A stretch of 55,594 nt of DNA from Oopsacas minuta (taxonomy: Eukaryota > Animalia > Porifera), in the NCBI GenBank assembly GCA_024704765.1, contig JAKMXF010000296.1:73025-128618 (forward strand), given 5' to 3'. The translations under genes and the position numbers were made by a program. Below, one piece after another: positions 13,092 to 24,559 of the stretch. The notes below the pieces were generated by a model. That model made no database searches. It saw only the letters and a list, made by a program, of their open reading frames with translations, and was not told the origin of the DNA. Within the stretch, counting starts at the first letter, position 1; the number at the start of each line of letters is the position of its first letter.

Positions 13092-13785
13092 CTACACAGT
13101 GAGCTGCTAGGGTACATTAGGCCAAATTCTTACCTTCTATTTTTCCATTTTGAATTATGAATTAGATTCTAGATATATTCAATGAGCAATATATAAAGTA
13201 GCAGACGAAGTAGTTCAGTATTTATATTATTGTGGTCAATCAAATGTAGGACTTTATTGCTGTATTCTATGTTTATAGATCCATTATATAAATGACAGAA
13301 GCTATTCCAGTAATCTGTTGAATTTATGATGCATACTATTGTTCATTCACATGCTTTCCAAGCAAAGAGTGTGCGCTGAATTTAATATATCGTTCATTTT
13401 CTTCAGGAACGAAATGGTTAATCAAATATTATGGATACAATACTGTGAAAAATTTGTAGAAATTTCCCTTGGTCATAGGTCATATTTCGGTGGCAGCAAA
13501 TATTGTTTCTACTAGTTTCCAATCTGAATTTTTAGTATATATTCTTCTTATCAAGTAATATAAACATTATATTAAAAGTACAAATGTCGCTTCACTGCGG
13601 CAACATATTAAATTTTGTCAATTTCCATTCTCACATCTACGTTGCTATGATACAATGTAATGCTATTACATGGTCATTTGACACCAATATAACGCAATAA
13701 TTATTTATATATACTGCATATTACGAGGTAGCATACAAGTTCATTAACTTGATAACCTATTAAACTTCTACTTATCAATTTAAAA

Positions 13786-14522
13786 ATGGCTGAACCAACA
13801 ATTTTATCTGAAAACCAGAAAACACGTCTTCACTTGGCTATCATATTGAAGGCTCACAACTATGATATCTATCATGCAGCAGATGAAGTGATGCGTTTAC
13901 TAAATCTCGAGGAAGACAAGAGACATTCTGTATACTCTCCAATGTCTAAAATATCATTTTGTCTCAGAAAGAGTAAGAAATCTATTGAGAGCGTAGATGG
14001 TGTGGTGGAGTGCAAGTATTTCATGGATTCCTGTTGAACCTACGAGCACCCAATCATTTCTTTCTGTTTCAGGCTGTGATATGGAAAGTGGTGTTATATT
14101 GGTTCCTAATGTAGAGAGGAGAAATCAATTGATGATATCCAAGTTGGTTCTAAAAAGATCAGGCTTGATCAGAATGGGATACTTACTTACTTCCGTCAGT
14201 TAGCGCAACTCGAAAATAATTCTGTTCTTCGCTACATTGCTCTCCCCTTGTATATTGTAGCTGTAGAACAAATTGGTTTTAAAGGCATCGCAAATATCGC
14301 TTGGAAAATCTATAACGAAGAATCGATACCAACCCTCAGTAACATAGCTTCGCCAGAAAAATCAGCATTCTTAGCACATCAACTTAAGATGGAAAAGGAA
14401 AATGGAGAGATCTTAAATATTATCTCCAATAAGGCCTCGTTTTGGCAACTTGGGAAAAATTTGCAAAATTAGAAAGTCATTGTTCCAACATTTAACTGGT
14501 ATCCAAATGTTTCCAATCCTAT
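13786..14522 (+). pseudogene. Transib transposase, N-terminal part (frameshifted)
   Basis: Frames give MAEPTILSENQK..., EEKSIDDIQVGSKKIRL...IANIAWKIY, SPEKSAFLAHQLKM and VIVPTFNWYPNVSNP. The last reads in frame into IGVHISY at 18046+ once the Chapaev and one TSD copy are removed. Confidence 0.75.
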
Positions 14523-14910
14523 CACGGGTAACTGAAAAAACATTATGACAAAAAAAATGAGGTCGTTGAGATTTTTTCACTTTCTTATACAGAATTTTAT
14601 GAGGAATCCGAATATACACTCCAAAAAATTTTTTTACAGATTATACAAAAATTTATGAAATCAAAAATTTCTGGCTACAATAATTTTAACATATCCAAAT
14701 TTTTAATATATTATCGTGATTCTTCGCTGATATACTTCTTTCTAGAATTCAATTTAATTACTAGTTACCTAATAGAATTGGTGTTTTTAACGAATTCCTA
14801 TCCAAAATGTCATTACCATGGCAACAAAATGAAACGTAGGAATTTACGCAATAGTTTTCAATCTAACTAAGTAGTACTTGCATGAAATTACATTTAGGAT
14901 ATATACGTGT
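14523..14910. repeat. Left long terminal inverted repeat of the Chapaev element
   Basis: Near-identical reverse complement of 17660-18045. Each copy has one short segment absent from the other. Confidence 0.95.
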
Positions 14911-14931
14911 ATATTGATGCTTAACCTTAAC

Positions 14932-17632
14932 TTAACCAATTATTTTAATTCCAAATATAATGTAATGTAGAACATGACCTAGCTTACCATAATATGATTT
15001 ATTTATGAAATTGATGAAGTTAACATCTGATACTGTGTTTAATAAGCACTCTGGAAATTTTTCATTTTCCTCTTGACATTTATATCTTGTCTCCCAAACT
15101 CTGCCAAATCTAGAATGGGCAGATTCAAATGCTTGTTCTGAAACTGATCCTAAACCCATTCCATCTGGAAGATAATTCGTGTAAACGGAATTAGGTGCCT
15201 ACATAGAACATGAACTTTTGTAGAGCAAGAAAGTCCTGATTGTTTAAACGATTGTTCAAAATGATATACAGTAAACATTGGATTTAACGACACTCGTTTG
15301 GACAGGCAAAAAAGGTCGTTATATCCGATTTGTCGCTAAATCCGAGGAAGCTTTAAATATGCATTATATACCGGATGATACCCAAATTTATTCATGTTAT
15401 ACGATGTAGTATACTATGTTTTTGTATTCTCGTCATGTTGTATTATCTGCATCAGGCTCCTTCAAATTTTCGTATTTTTTAGCAAAAGAAAAGTGCTTCC
15501 TTTTGCCAACTCCGCTCGAATCCATGAAGATAAAATTTTAGCATTACATTGGACGTACAATAGCTTTAAATATGCATTTTCGTAAGAAGCCAGTTGCTGT
15601 TGATTCAAAACAGAGGAGATTTTAATTACTATATAATTAAAGCAATTATTATACCTTAATAATTCACTAATTAGTACACTTTTCTGAAGTCCACGGTACA
15701 GACAGCCCAAAAGTCGTAATATCCGATGGGATTTGCATGGAGCAGGCATAGAAAATATGTCGCTAAATTCAATGTGTCGTTATCTGACAGGTCGTTATAC
15801 CCGAGGTATGGTGTGTGCAGAATAATGCTGCGAGATTCTGGGCAAGCAAAATGAGTCGTTATAAGTGATTTGTCGTTAAAGCCGATGTCGTTAAATCCAA
15901 TGTTTACTGTACTGCCATTTTGAAATCTCCCTTTATGTGTTTCCCGAAGCAAGAATCAACAACATCCCTGAATTTTACAAGCGTGATATAAGACGAATTA
16001 CTCTTTGAAAACCCAAGTTCCAATACCTCCTTTGTGATTTCCTCATTGCATTACCTTCAAACGCTCCTCCATGGTAAGCACTTCTATGAATATTCAGTTT
16101 TTTTAGTATTGCTTCATGGTGTTCTTTTTCGTCCTCAGACATTGTGATGAGGATGGCATCGTATAACTTCTGTCCTATCCAAGTAACAGATGTAACTCGG
16201 GAAGATTAAACATTTGCATGAAATCTACCAGCCATATATTTAGTGCTTGGCGATCCTCAATACCATCGCAGTCAATTGCATGATTCTTAGAATCTCCCTG
16301 ATACATATCTTGAAGCTTTTGAAACATCTCTAGATGGTGAGCAGATCATCGTTCTTCACACTGAACACTGTCTAAATCCCTTCTATTGTCCCAAGTACAC
16401 CATATACAAGGATGACGTCCGTTCATTATTCCCAAGCAATAACTAGCAGCTTTCAAATCTACCGTAAATGAAACGTTGTATTCTTCCATCAGCCGTTTTA
16501 TCTGGTCATCTTGAAGCATAACAGAGAAGTTATAATTACACTCAGGGGCACGCGTAACCCATAGATAAACCAGGTTATCGACAGAATTATCATTCTGTAG
16601 ACACATAAGTAGTTTAGTGAAACCACGAACAAAGTCTAATCCAAGCTTGAAATGAAGATCATGTACCGATATTTCTCCGCTGATATTAAAGATCTTTTCT
16701 ATCAGGGCATCGATATTACAACATTTTACTATCCATGAGTTCCTATATTCTGACTGGTATTTCTCTTTACTATAATCCAGCTCAATCTGGATGCATTCGA
16801 ATATTTCGTCGCACAACAAATGTCGTTATCTATAGTAGCTATCCATTGATGGACATGGTACTCCAACATCTCTAATAATTCGAGTTACTACCTTTAACTG
16901 CTTATTAGACAATGACATTCCTGAACACTTCAAATTCGCGATGTGAGAGAAATCCATTTCGGTAATTTGGCTGGACGTTCGTCAGTACTGGAAGAGGAGA
17001 CAGAAAGATGAAACGGATTCCTAACTGAAGTTTTAAGCAACTGAATTGAAGATTTGTTGTGGCTACATTCATGTAATCTTTGGTATACATTATCACCAAC
17101 GAATGTATCAATAGCGTTATGGTGTTCCAACATATTATGTGCGTTGGTAATCAATGTCTTTTTCAAACAGATATGACTAACTCCAGGGCTAACACGACTT
17201 GCACATTTGTTGCATATCTTGATCATCTTTTGAGGTGAATTGATTGTTGGTCTTCCTGGCTTTATATGGATTATCGAAGATGAAGCTTGATTCTTGCTAC
17301 CGAACCTTGAACTCTCGGCACACATTGAACATAAGTTCCCAATGCGGCAGGTGTTTAAGCGCGTGTTATGAATTATGGGCCAATCATATCGTGCGGGTGT
17401 TTTCCTCGTCGTATCCCTGAAGACAGAGTAAACAAGTAGAGCCTACAAGTTTTACACACGATATAAGGGCGATTATCTTCTAAAATATTGATTGGTCCAA
17501 ATATTGGTTGTATAATTCACCTAACTTAGTGTCCTTTAGGTGATTATTCCTCAAAACAATTTTGCCAACTGTCGAACAACACCAGCGACAAATTCTAGTT
17601 TTTGCATGTTCATGTTTCGTTTCTTCACTCAT
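14932..17632 (-). pseudogene. Chapaev transposase with N-terminal Chapa-like Cys/His region; disrupted
   Basis: MSEETKHEHAKTRICRWC...YIVCKTCR...CRIGNLCSMC (N-terminal Cys motifs), ICNKCASRVSPGVSHIC, KLGLDFVRGFTKL (D), FTVDLKAASYCLGIMNGRHPCIWC (D + CxxC), STKVHVLCRHL, LGSVSEQAFESAH (E). Stops, frameshifts and a MITE insertion. Confidence 0.8.
15269..15909. mobile_element. TA-targeting MITE inside the Chapaev coding region
   Basis: TIRs CAGTAAACATTGGATTTAACGAC with a TA duplication. Removing it restores the frame GDFKMAV|YHFEQSFKQSGLSCSTKVH. Confidence 0.9.
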
Positions 17633-17659
17633 TTTCTTTAACTGAATTAATCAATAACT

Positions 17660-18045
17660 ACACGTGCATATCCTAAATGTAATATCATACAAGTACTACT
17701 TAGCTAGATTGAAAACTATTGCGTAAATTCCTACGTTTCATTTTGTTGCCATGGTAATGACATTTTGGATAGGAATTCGTTAAAAACATCAATTCTATTA
17801 GGTAACTAGTAATTAAATTGAATTCTAGAAAGAAGTATATCAGCGAAGAATCACGATAATATGTTAAAATTATTGTAGCCAGAATTTTTTTGATTTCATA
17901 AATTTTTGTATAATCTGTAAAAAAATTTTAATGGTAGGAAAATTTTTTGGAGTGTATATTCGGATTCCTCATAAAATTCTGTATAAGAAAGTGAAAAATC
18001 TCAACGACCTCATTTTTTGTCATAATGTTTTTTCAGTTACCCGTG
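17660..18045. repeat. Right long terminal inverted repeat of the Chapaev element
   Basis: Reverse complement of 14523-14910. Confidence 0.95.
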
Positions 18046-19500
18046 CTATTGGGGTCCATATATCTTACTCATCACATGTAATTTCTCTCTTTGACCGGTT
18101 GTTAAAAGAATGTGTGTTACATTTCGTGTACCACAATTCTATCCATTAATACTTAAAATCAAGCATGGACTGGATGGTTCTGGATCTCTTTCCTCTCCTG
18201 GGATATTATCAGACTTGAATATAGACCGATTAAATTTATTTTCTTCATGGTTTCACCCCTTCAGATAATAGATAGATTCGGGAATGTTCTGTGGGAAAAT
18301 AGACATCATAACTCGTGTTTTTCCAACCAACCAGTAGCACTTATTTGCCAAAAGGAGACTATTTACACTGTTATAGAATTGAGCAAGTTAATAAACTCTG
18401 AAATTGTTCACTTAATGAGAATGGTTTTGATCACTTAATGGACATGTTAGAAGTCAAAGCCTCAATAATTGACGGAAAAACCTTAGCAACAATGACAGGT
18501 AAAAGAGGAGCGCCATGTATTGCCTGCGAAGCAACCCGAAGTGATATAAATAGATTACGAAAGTTGTTTGTGGGTTACCTTTGAATTGTTCGATAAAGGA
18601 TATCAAAGAGACAATCCGTCAGATAACCTCTGATGGAAAAGAGTTGATGAGCTACGATACAAAGCAGCGGTATGGGATTACACACGAACCTGCAAGTGGC
18701 ATTGATATATTTCCTGCAGCACCTTTACATTCTTATCTAACGATTTTAGATTGGTTCTTGAACCTCATCTACCGAGTTGCAGCAGGAAGGTCCAAGTCGC
18801 CTGAGGATCAAATGGTGCGAGATTGTCGAGGTTTAGTATGTAAGCGTATCCATGAGCTTACGAACTTATTATTCGAAAAACCAAGAGGAAGTGGGAACAC
18901 AAGCCTAATCACATGACAAGAACATATTTTTCATATAAAAAACAGTGTTTTAGGATCGTTTTATCGTTTGTACCGAATGTTTATAGAGATGCTCTAATAG
19001 AGATTCACAGGAATTTATCTTGCATTACTCAGAGTTGCTAATAGTAGTGAAGTTGTTGATGTAGACAGATTTCGTGTGTTAAGTCAAGTAACCTACTTAC
19101 TAATCTACAAACATTTCCCTGGGTCTCTATTAGCAATACATTCCACAAATTTTTGGCTCGTGCCCATCAGTTTATTGAGAGAAATAACAGGGTAGGATTG
19201 TGAAGTATTTCTGAAGAAGTGTTAGAACAAGGACATAAGTTGATCCGAGAGTTCTCAACACATTTGAGCAGGAAATTAGATTATCTAAGTGGATTAAGTG
19301 ATGTTGCAATGAGGCTCTACATCTATAGTTGTCCAATTCTGAATTAAATATTCATAAAGATCATCATTTGTTCCGCCTGTGGTCAAGTAGACCATCAAAA
19401 GAATTATGTAAAAAACAGGCAAGCAGAAAACGTGAAAAATATTATAGATAATGAAGATTCTCTTCTTCAAAATTCCATAGATGAACTCATCTTGTATTTA
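18046..19500 (+). pseudogene. Transib transposase catalytic core and C-terminal tail (disrupted)
   Basis: KIKHGLDGSGS (~18160; first D), IIDGK (~18470; second D), GAPCIACEAT, YGITHEP, PLHSYL, TFPWVSISNTFHKFL, SEEVLEQGHKLIREF (~19210; E), ICSACGQVDH (~19370). Motif order matches the RAG1/Transib core. Confidence 0.88.
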
Positions 19501-19881
19501 ACATTAATTCATCAATAAGATACTCATATGTTAGTTATTCCTCAGTTATTCCAATATATTCATATATTCAATTTTCTTCTAATAAAAACTAAGTTACTTG
19601 AATATCTAGATTCTGTATTACTGTATATGGTCATTAAGATTACGTCATATATTGAAAACCTGATGTGACACAACGAAATTGAAATCAACAAACGAACCGC
19701 AATGGTCGACTTACTATGCAATAATAATGCAATGTATAAGCCTATATCTAAAATTGAACGCCTAAAAACCTAATACTAGAAATTCACAATAATAGCCCAC
19801 TGTGCCCCTAACTTGTTTATCCGTAATTGATAAGTACCCAACTAATTTATCCTTAGATAATTATTTCATTAAATTATTTAG

Positions 19882-21534
19882 GTATTGTACAGAAATTAGC
19901 GGGAGCTGAAGATAATGTAAAGCTTTTGCAGATCAAAAACTCAAAGATAATAGATTTTGCTAAACCTTTAGCTCAAAAACTACAACAGACACAAGAGGAA
20001 TTAGAGACATTTAAGCTTAGAAACCAGGAGCTAAGAAGTGAACTTAACATAGCAGAAAGATCTAATATACAATTTTCACAGAATCATTCCAACTTGGAAG
20101 AGCAATTTTCAAGCTTAACTGTGGAGAAAGATATTCTTGACAAAAAGTGCGACGAATTGATCAATTCTCAAACTTATCTAGAACAAAAAATTGAGAAAGA
20201 ATCGGGGGAAAAGGCAGCCTTTTTATCTAAGCTCAAAGACTATGAAGAAGATATTAAATCACTGAATCAGCAGCTCTTGGAAAATTCTCAATTACTCGAA
20301 ACGATTAAAAGAGATGACGCGATAAAGAAAAAAAAAATTTTACAAATGTCTCACACTGAAGAATCTTTGCTACAGTCGAAACTGATTATTTCTAATCTAG
20401 AGAATAAGATTGAAAATCTTATGAAAACAATTAATACACTGCAAAATGTTATTTCAAATACACAAAATATTGATGAAGTATCATTGCTCAATATGTTGCT
20501 CTTAGAAGCCGAATCTAAATTCTCAGAAAAAGCATCTCTATGTCACAAGTTAAAAGAGCAAAATATTTTGCTACAAACAGAAGTCAATAATAAAGATGGT
20601 TTGAAATCGGAGATTTACCCTCTGAAAAATGACATTGAAATTATAAACGATGCTGAAACACTAGATAAGGCCTCACAAACCAAAATTACCCAATATACAT
20701 CTTCAAATATTCATCAAATTAGTATCAGAGGAGATGAAGTATCTAATTTACAGCATAAAATTACTTCTTTAGAATCTGAAAGGGATTGTTTACTTTGCGA
20801 AACGGAAGATATGCAGTACCTCAAAACTAAATTATTGGAAGTAGAGCAACAAAATATCGAACTTAACATACAAATACAAGGCATAACATTTTTACGATCT
20901 TTTATAGATGAACTTGAAATCCTTACCATAAAATCTGATCAAATGTCTACACAGTTGAAAATTGTACAAACTCTTTCTCAAGATAGTGAAAATGTTCAAG
21001 TGTGCAAGCAAGCTGACGTGTTTCAATCTGAATTTTTAGATTTAATTGATCAACTTAGGGCATTTAAGGACTTGCTAACAAATTCACTCGCAAATGAAAA
21101 ACGACTTGAATTACTTATGCATACCTTGAAAGAAAATCTCAAAGAAGTTCAAATCGAAAAATCTAATATTTTCTCTCAACTTTGTGAAGCTGATGTGACT
21201 ATTAGTGGATTGAAAAAGGAATTAGATATCATCAAATCTTCATTTCAAACTACACCTCAGTATGGGGATCAACATTTAAACAAATTAGATTCTTTGCTCA
21301 TTTTAAACCCTTCCACTTCTTCTAAATATTTACAGGAGAACCTTATTTCAAAAAACAATCCAGACTCTCTTACCTTGTTACCAAATGAAGACCTAACCAA
21401 AAAATCAAAAATTACTCGTTGTTCCTCTACTCCTTGTATTAGAACCGAACTGTCAAGCGACAATTTGACTGAAGATATGCTTCACGTTCATGTTTCCACG
21501 TGTCCGAAAGCGGCTAATATACATCCCGAATCTG
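19882..21534 (+). CDS. Large exon of coiled-coil host gene (about 550 codons); family not recognised
   Basis: Acceptor TTATTTAG| in phase 1, a stop-free L/E/K/Q-rich frame through 21632, and a strong donor TCTG|GTAAGG at 21535. Phase-compatible with the exon ending at 6584. Confidence 0.75.
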
Positions 21535-22038
21535 GTAAGGATTCATCAAATGTTCTTGTATTTATTATCCTTTGGTTTTCTCTAAAATTATACTGTATAG
21601 ATTTCAGTTTCAAATTAATGGTCAGTCAATGATTAGCACACATTGTTGGCCAGAAAAGACCACTCGGGTAGTAACCGGAAACCCGCGGTTATTCCACCCC
21701 GGGAAGGGCACCAAATATGGAAAATACACCTATGACCATATATGAAAACATTCTCACATCAATATATGGGGAAATATATTATGATAGTCAATACTAGAAA
21801 TTCTATTATTGACTATTCCATCATAATATATTTTCCCAACAAATTCATGTGTTTAACACGTATCAATGGTAGTTCCAGGTCCTCAGTCCGGACTAGAGTT
21901 TGGGAAATATAGGTGAATTGATAATTTTTTGTCACTTTGTGATACATTCATGCTAATAATCTCCTTTATGTTTTGTTAAGAATTAATTACCTAGATTCTA
22001 GTGAGGCTGCTCTTATGTATTCGTAATATCATCTAGAT

Positions 22039-24495
22039 CAGTTGTACTCAAACTGGGGTCCGCGTCCCTCCAGGGGGCCGCGAGGAGGTTGCAAAGGGGG
22101 CCGCGGAATGGCTATGGAAAGTGATTTACGAAATTTTATTCGTTAAAGTTTTAGTTATTCCACACAACTTCTACGACAATATCTGAATTCCTTTCGCTTT
22201 CCTCGAATTGTAAACAAATTACACTTATTCCACTTCCCAGAATGCTATTTAGAATTATGTCACTCTGCAAACATATAACATAGAGCGTTGAATACAAAAA
22301 ATCATCCTGTTTTAAGAATAGGTAGAGCTTCCATTGATATTGATTAAATATATCGTACCTTTGCTAATACCTATTAATATTCTAGTTATTAATTTGCTAT
22401 CGTTGAAAAAGAAATTTATGGCCAAACGAAAGTGAGGACAATTGGATACTTACCTAACTAAGAGTAATAGACTCTATACAGATTCTCAAGACATTTCGGG
22501 ACCTGATGAAGATGAGTTAATTGATAAATCCGACAAACCGGACAAAAGAGGTTGTATGAAAATCCGTAACTACGACATTAAATTCATTCGCTTTGGTTTT
22601 ACTTCTATGTTCAAAGATGGATTACAGAAGCCTCAGTGTGTTGTATGTGGCGAGGTTTGGTCCAATGAAGCTTTAAAGCTTTCAAAGCTCAGTAAACATT
22701 CACAAACGAAGCATAAGGATCTGATCTCAAAACCAGTTGAGTTTTTTAAGAGAAAGCGCGACGAATTAACAGGCTGCCAGAAACAAATGTATGCTTCATC
22801 TCACATAAATGTTTCAGCATTAAGAGCTTCTTACAAGGTATCTTTACGTTGCAAAGGAAAAAAACCATACATAATTGGCGAAAAACTTCTGGTTGGTTGC
22901 ATTGGTGATGTATGCCAAGAAATGTTGGGAGAATCTGCAGCAAAGAGAACTGCGCGGGTTCCACTGTCAAACGACGCTGTTGCTAGAAGAGTGATCGATC
23001 TTGCTTGCGACATGGAGGAACAGCTGATCGAACAAATAAAATCAGCCAAATGGTATTCTTTGCAGCTTGATGAATCTATTGAAGTAGCAAATTTGGCGAT
23101 TTTGTTGTTATATGTTCGTTTTGAACATTATGGTGATGTGAAAGAAGAGTATTTATGTTCGATATCATTGCCTACAAATGCCACTAGTTCTCAAATTTTT
23201 GATGGATTGAATAACTATATCGTTGATCAATCAGGATTATATTGGCAGTTTTGTGTTGGTGTATGTACTGACGGTGCTGCTGCAATTACAGGACGACATT
23301 CTGGAGTTGTTGCAAAAATTAAAGAAGTAGCACCAGATTGCGAGTCAACACACTGTTTTATTCATCGAGAAAACTTAGCAACAAAGAAGATGCCAAAGGA
23401 ACTCAACGATGTACTATGTCAAGTTGTCAAAGTTGTCAACCATGTAAAAGCGAACGCTCTGAATTCTCGCTTATTCGCTTCCTTGTGTGATCAGATGGGA
23501 GCTGGCCATATAGAACTGCTCTTGCATGCTGAAGTATGTTGGCTATCCAGAGGAAAAGTGTTATCAAGAGTTTTTGAGCTCCGAAACGAACTAACAACAT
23601 TTCTGCTTGATAAAAAACCCGAATGGGCTGAAAATTTCGAGATATAAACTGGAATACAAAGCTGGCATATCTGTCTGATATATTCTCAATGCTTAATAAG
23701 CTCAACAGATCAATGCAAGGTAGGATGGCAACTAATTTTGCAACAGCTAACAAGATTCACGGTTTTAAAAGAAAGTTAGCTGCATGGCAACATCGAGTCT
23801 CTCAAGATTGTACGACATGTTTCCAAATTTATCGGAAATAATTAATTGTGAAAGTGGACTTGATGCAACTTTTCTAACGAATATTATCACCGAACATTTG
23901 AAATACTAGCTGAGCGCTTTGAAATTTACTTCCCGAAAGGACAAGATCCTAGAGAAGGAAACGGTTGGATCTGTAATCCTTTTTTGCAATTGAAGGACGA
24001 GTTGAATGTTCATTTAGAAGACAAATTATCAGACCTGGCAGGGGGTCAAGGATTAAAGAATATTTTTACAGCGAAATATCACTCGCTGAATTCTGGATAA
24101 AGGTTAGACCCGAATATCCAGAACTTAGTGAGTTGGCCCTGAAAATAATTCTACCCATTCCATCTACTTACCTTTGTGAGATGGGGTTTTCAACAATGAG
24201 CATTATCAAAACAAAGTATAGGGATTCTCTGGATGTCAGATCTCCACTACGTGTGGCACTTTCGTCAATCGAACCGAGGCTAGATAAGTTCGTCAAATCG
24301 AACCAAGCACACAGTTCTCATTAGTATAATTGATCTTATAATTATATCACAATATACCTCTTACTACTTAACACTGATATAATACAATAATAAAAACAAA
24401 TTTCATTTACTAAAAATGAGACCAACAAGCAGAGGTCCGTGGAATTGTAATGGAGAAACTTTGGGGCCGCGACATAAAAAAGTTGAGAAGCATTA
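22039..24495 (+). mobile_element. hAT transposon, Buster subfamily (ZBED5/ZBED8/SCAND3-like transposase), defective
   Basis: Degenerate TIRs and 8-bp flanks ATCTAGAT / ATTTAGAT with the central TA typical of Buster targets. Transposase spans 22442-24324. Confidence 0.92.
22442..24324 (+). pseudogene. Buster-type hAT transposase, frameshifted after about codon 400
   Basis: KPQCVVC..LKLSKLSKH (BED-like), QLDES, CTDGAAA, HCFIHRENL, WLSRG, LAYLSDIF, STYLCEMGFS, LRVALS.IEP. Stop at 23645-23647 and further breaks downstream. Confidence 0.9.
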
Positions 24496-24559
24496 ATTTA
24501 GATCAATGGCTCCCAACTGGTGGTCCACGGCTCATGTGGGGCCTTAGGACTCAATGTAT

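Larger units (their letters stand above)
14523..18045 (-). mobile_element. Chapaev (CMC-type) DNA transposon
   Basis: CACGGGTAACTG... termini, perfect 4-bp TSD CTAT, about 390-bp TIRs, and a minus-strand transposase. Confidence 0.88.
12953..19804 (+). mobile_element. Transib transposon (RAG1-core-like transposase), interrupted by a hAT MITE and a Chapaev element
   Basis: Left end CACAGTGAGCTGCTAGGGT (13095; original start 12953 before the MITE insertion) and right end CACAGTGGGCTATTATTGT (19804 inward). Flanking direct repeat CCCCTA. Transposase remnants lie between. Confidence 0.85.

Noticed and set aside
13102-13785. Possible second (RAG2-like or divergent) gene in the left arm of the Transib; a minus frame reads ...RRIYTKNSDWKLVETIFAATEI*PMTKGNFYKFF...
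   Set aside because: About six stops in roughly 110 codons is near expectation for AT-rich DNA, and there is no kelch/GG or PHD pattern. The right arm (about 300 bp) is too short for RAG2L.
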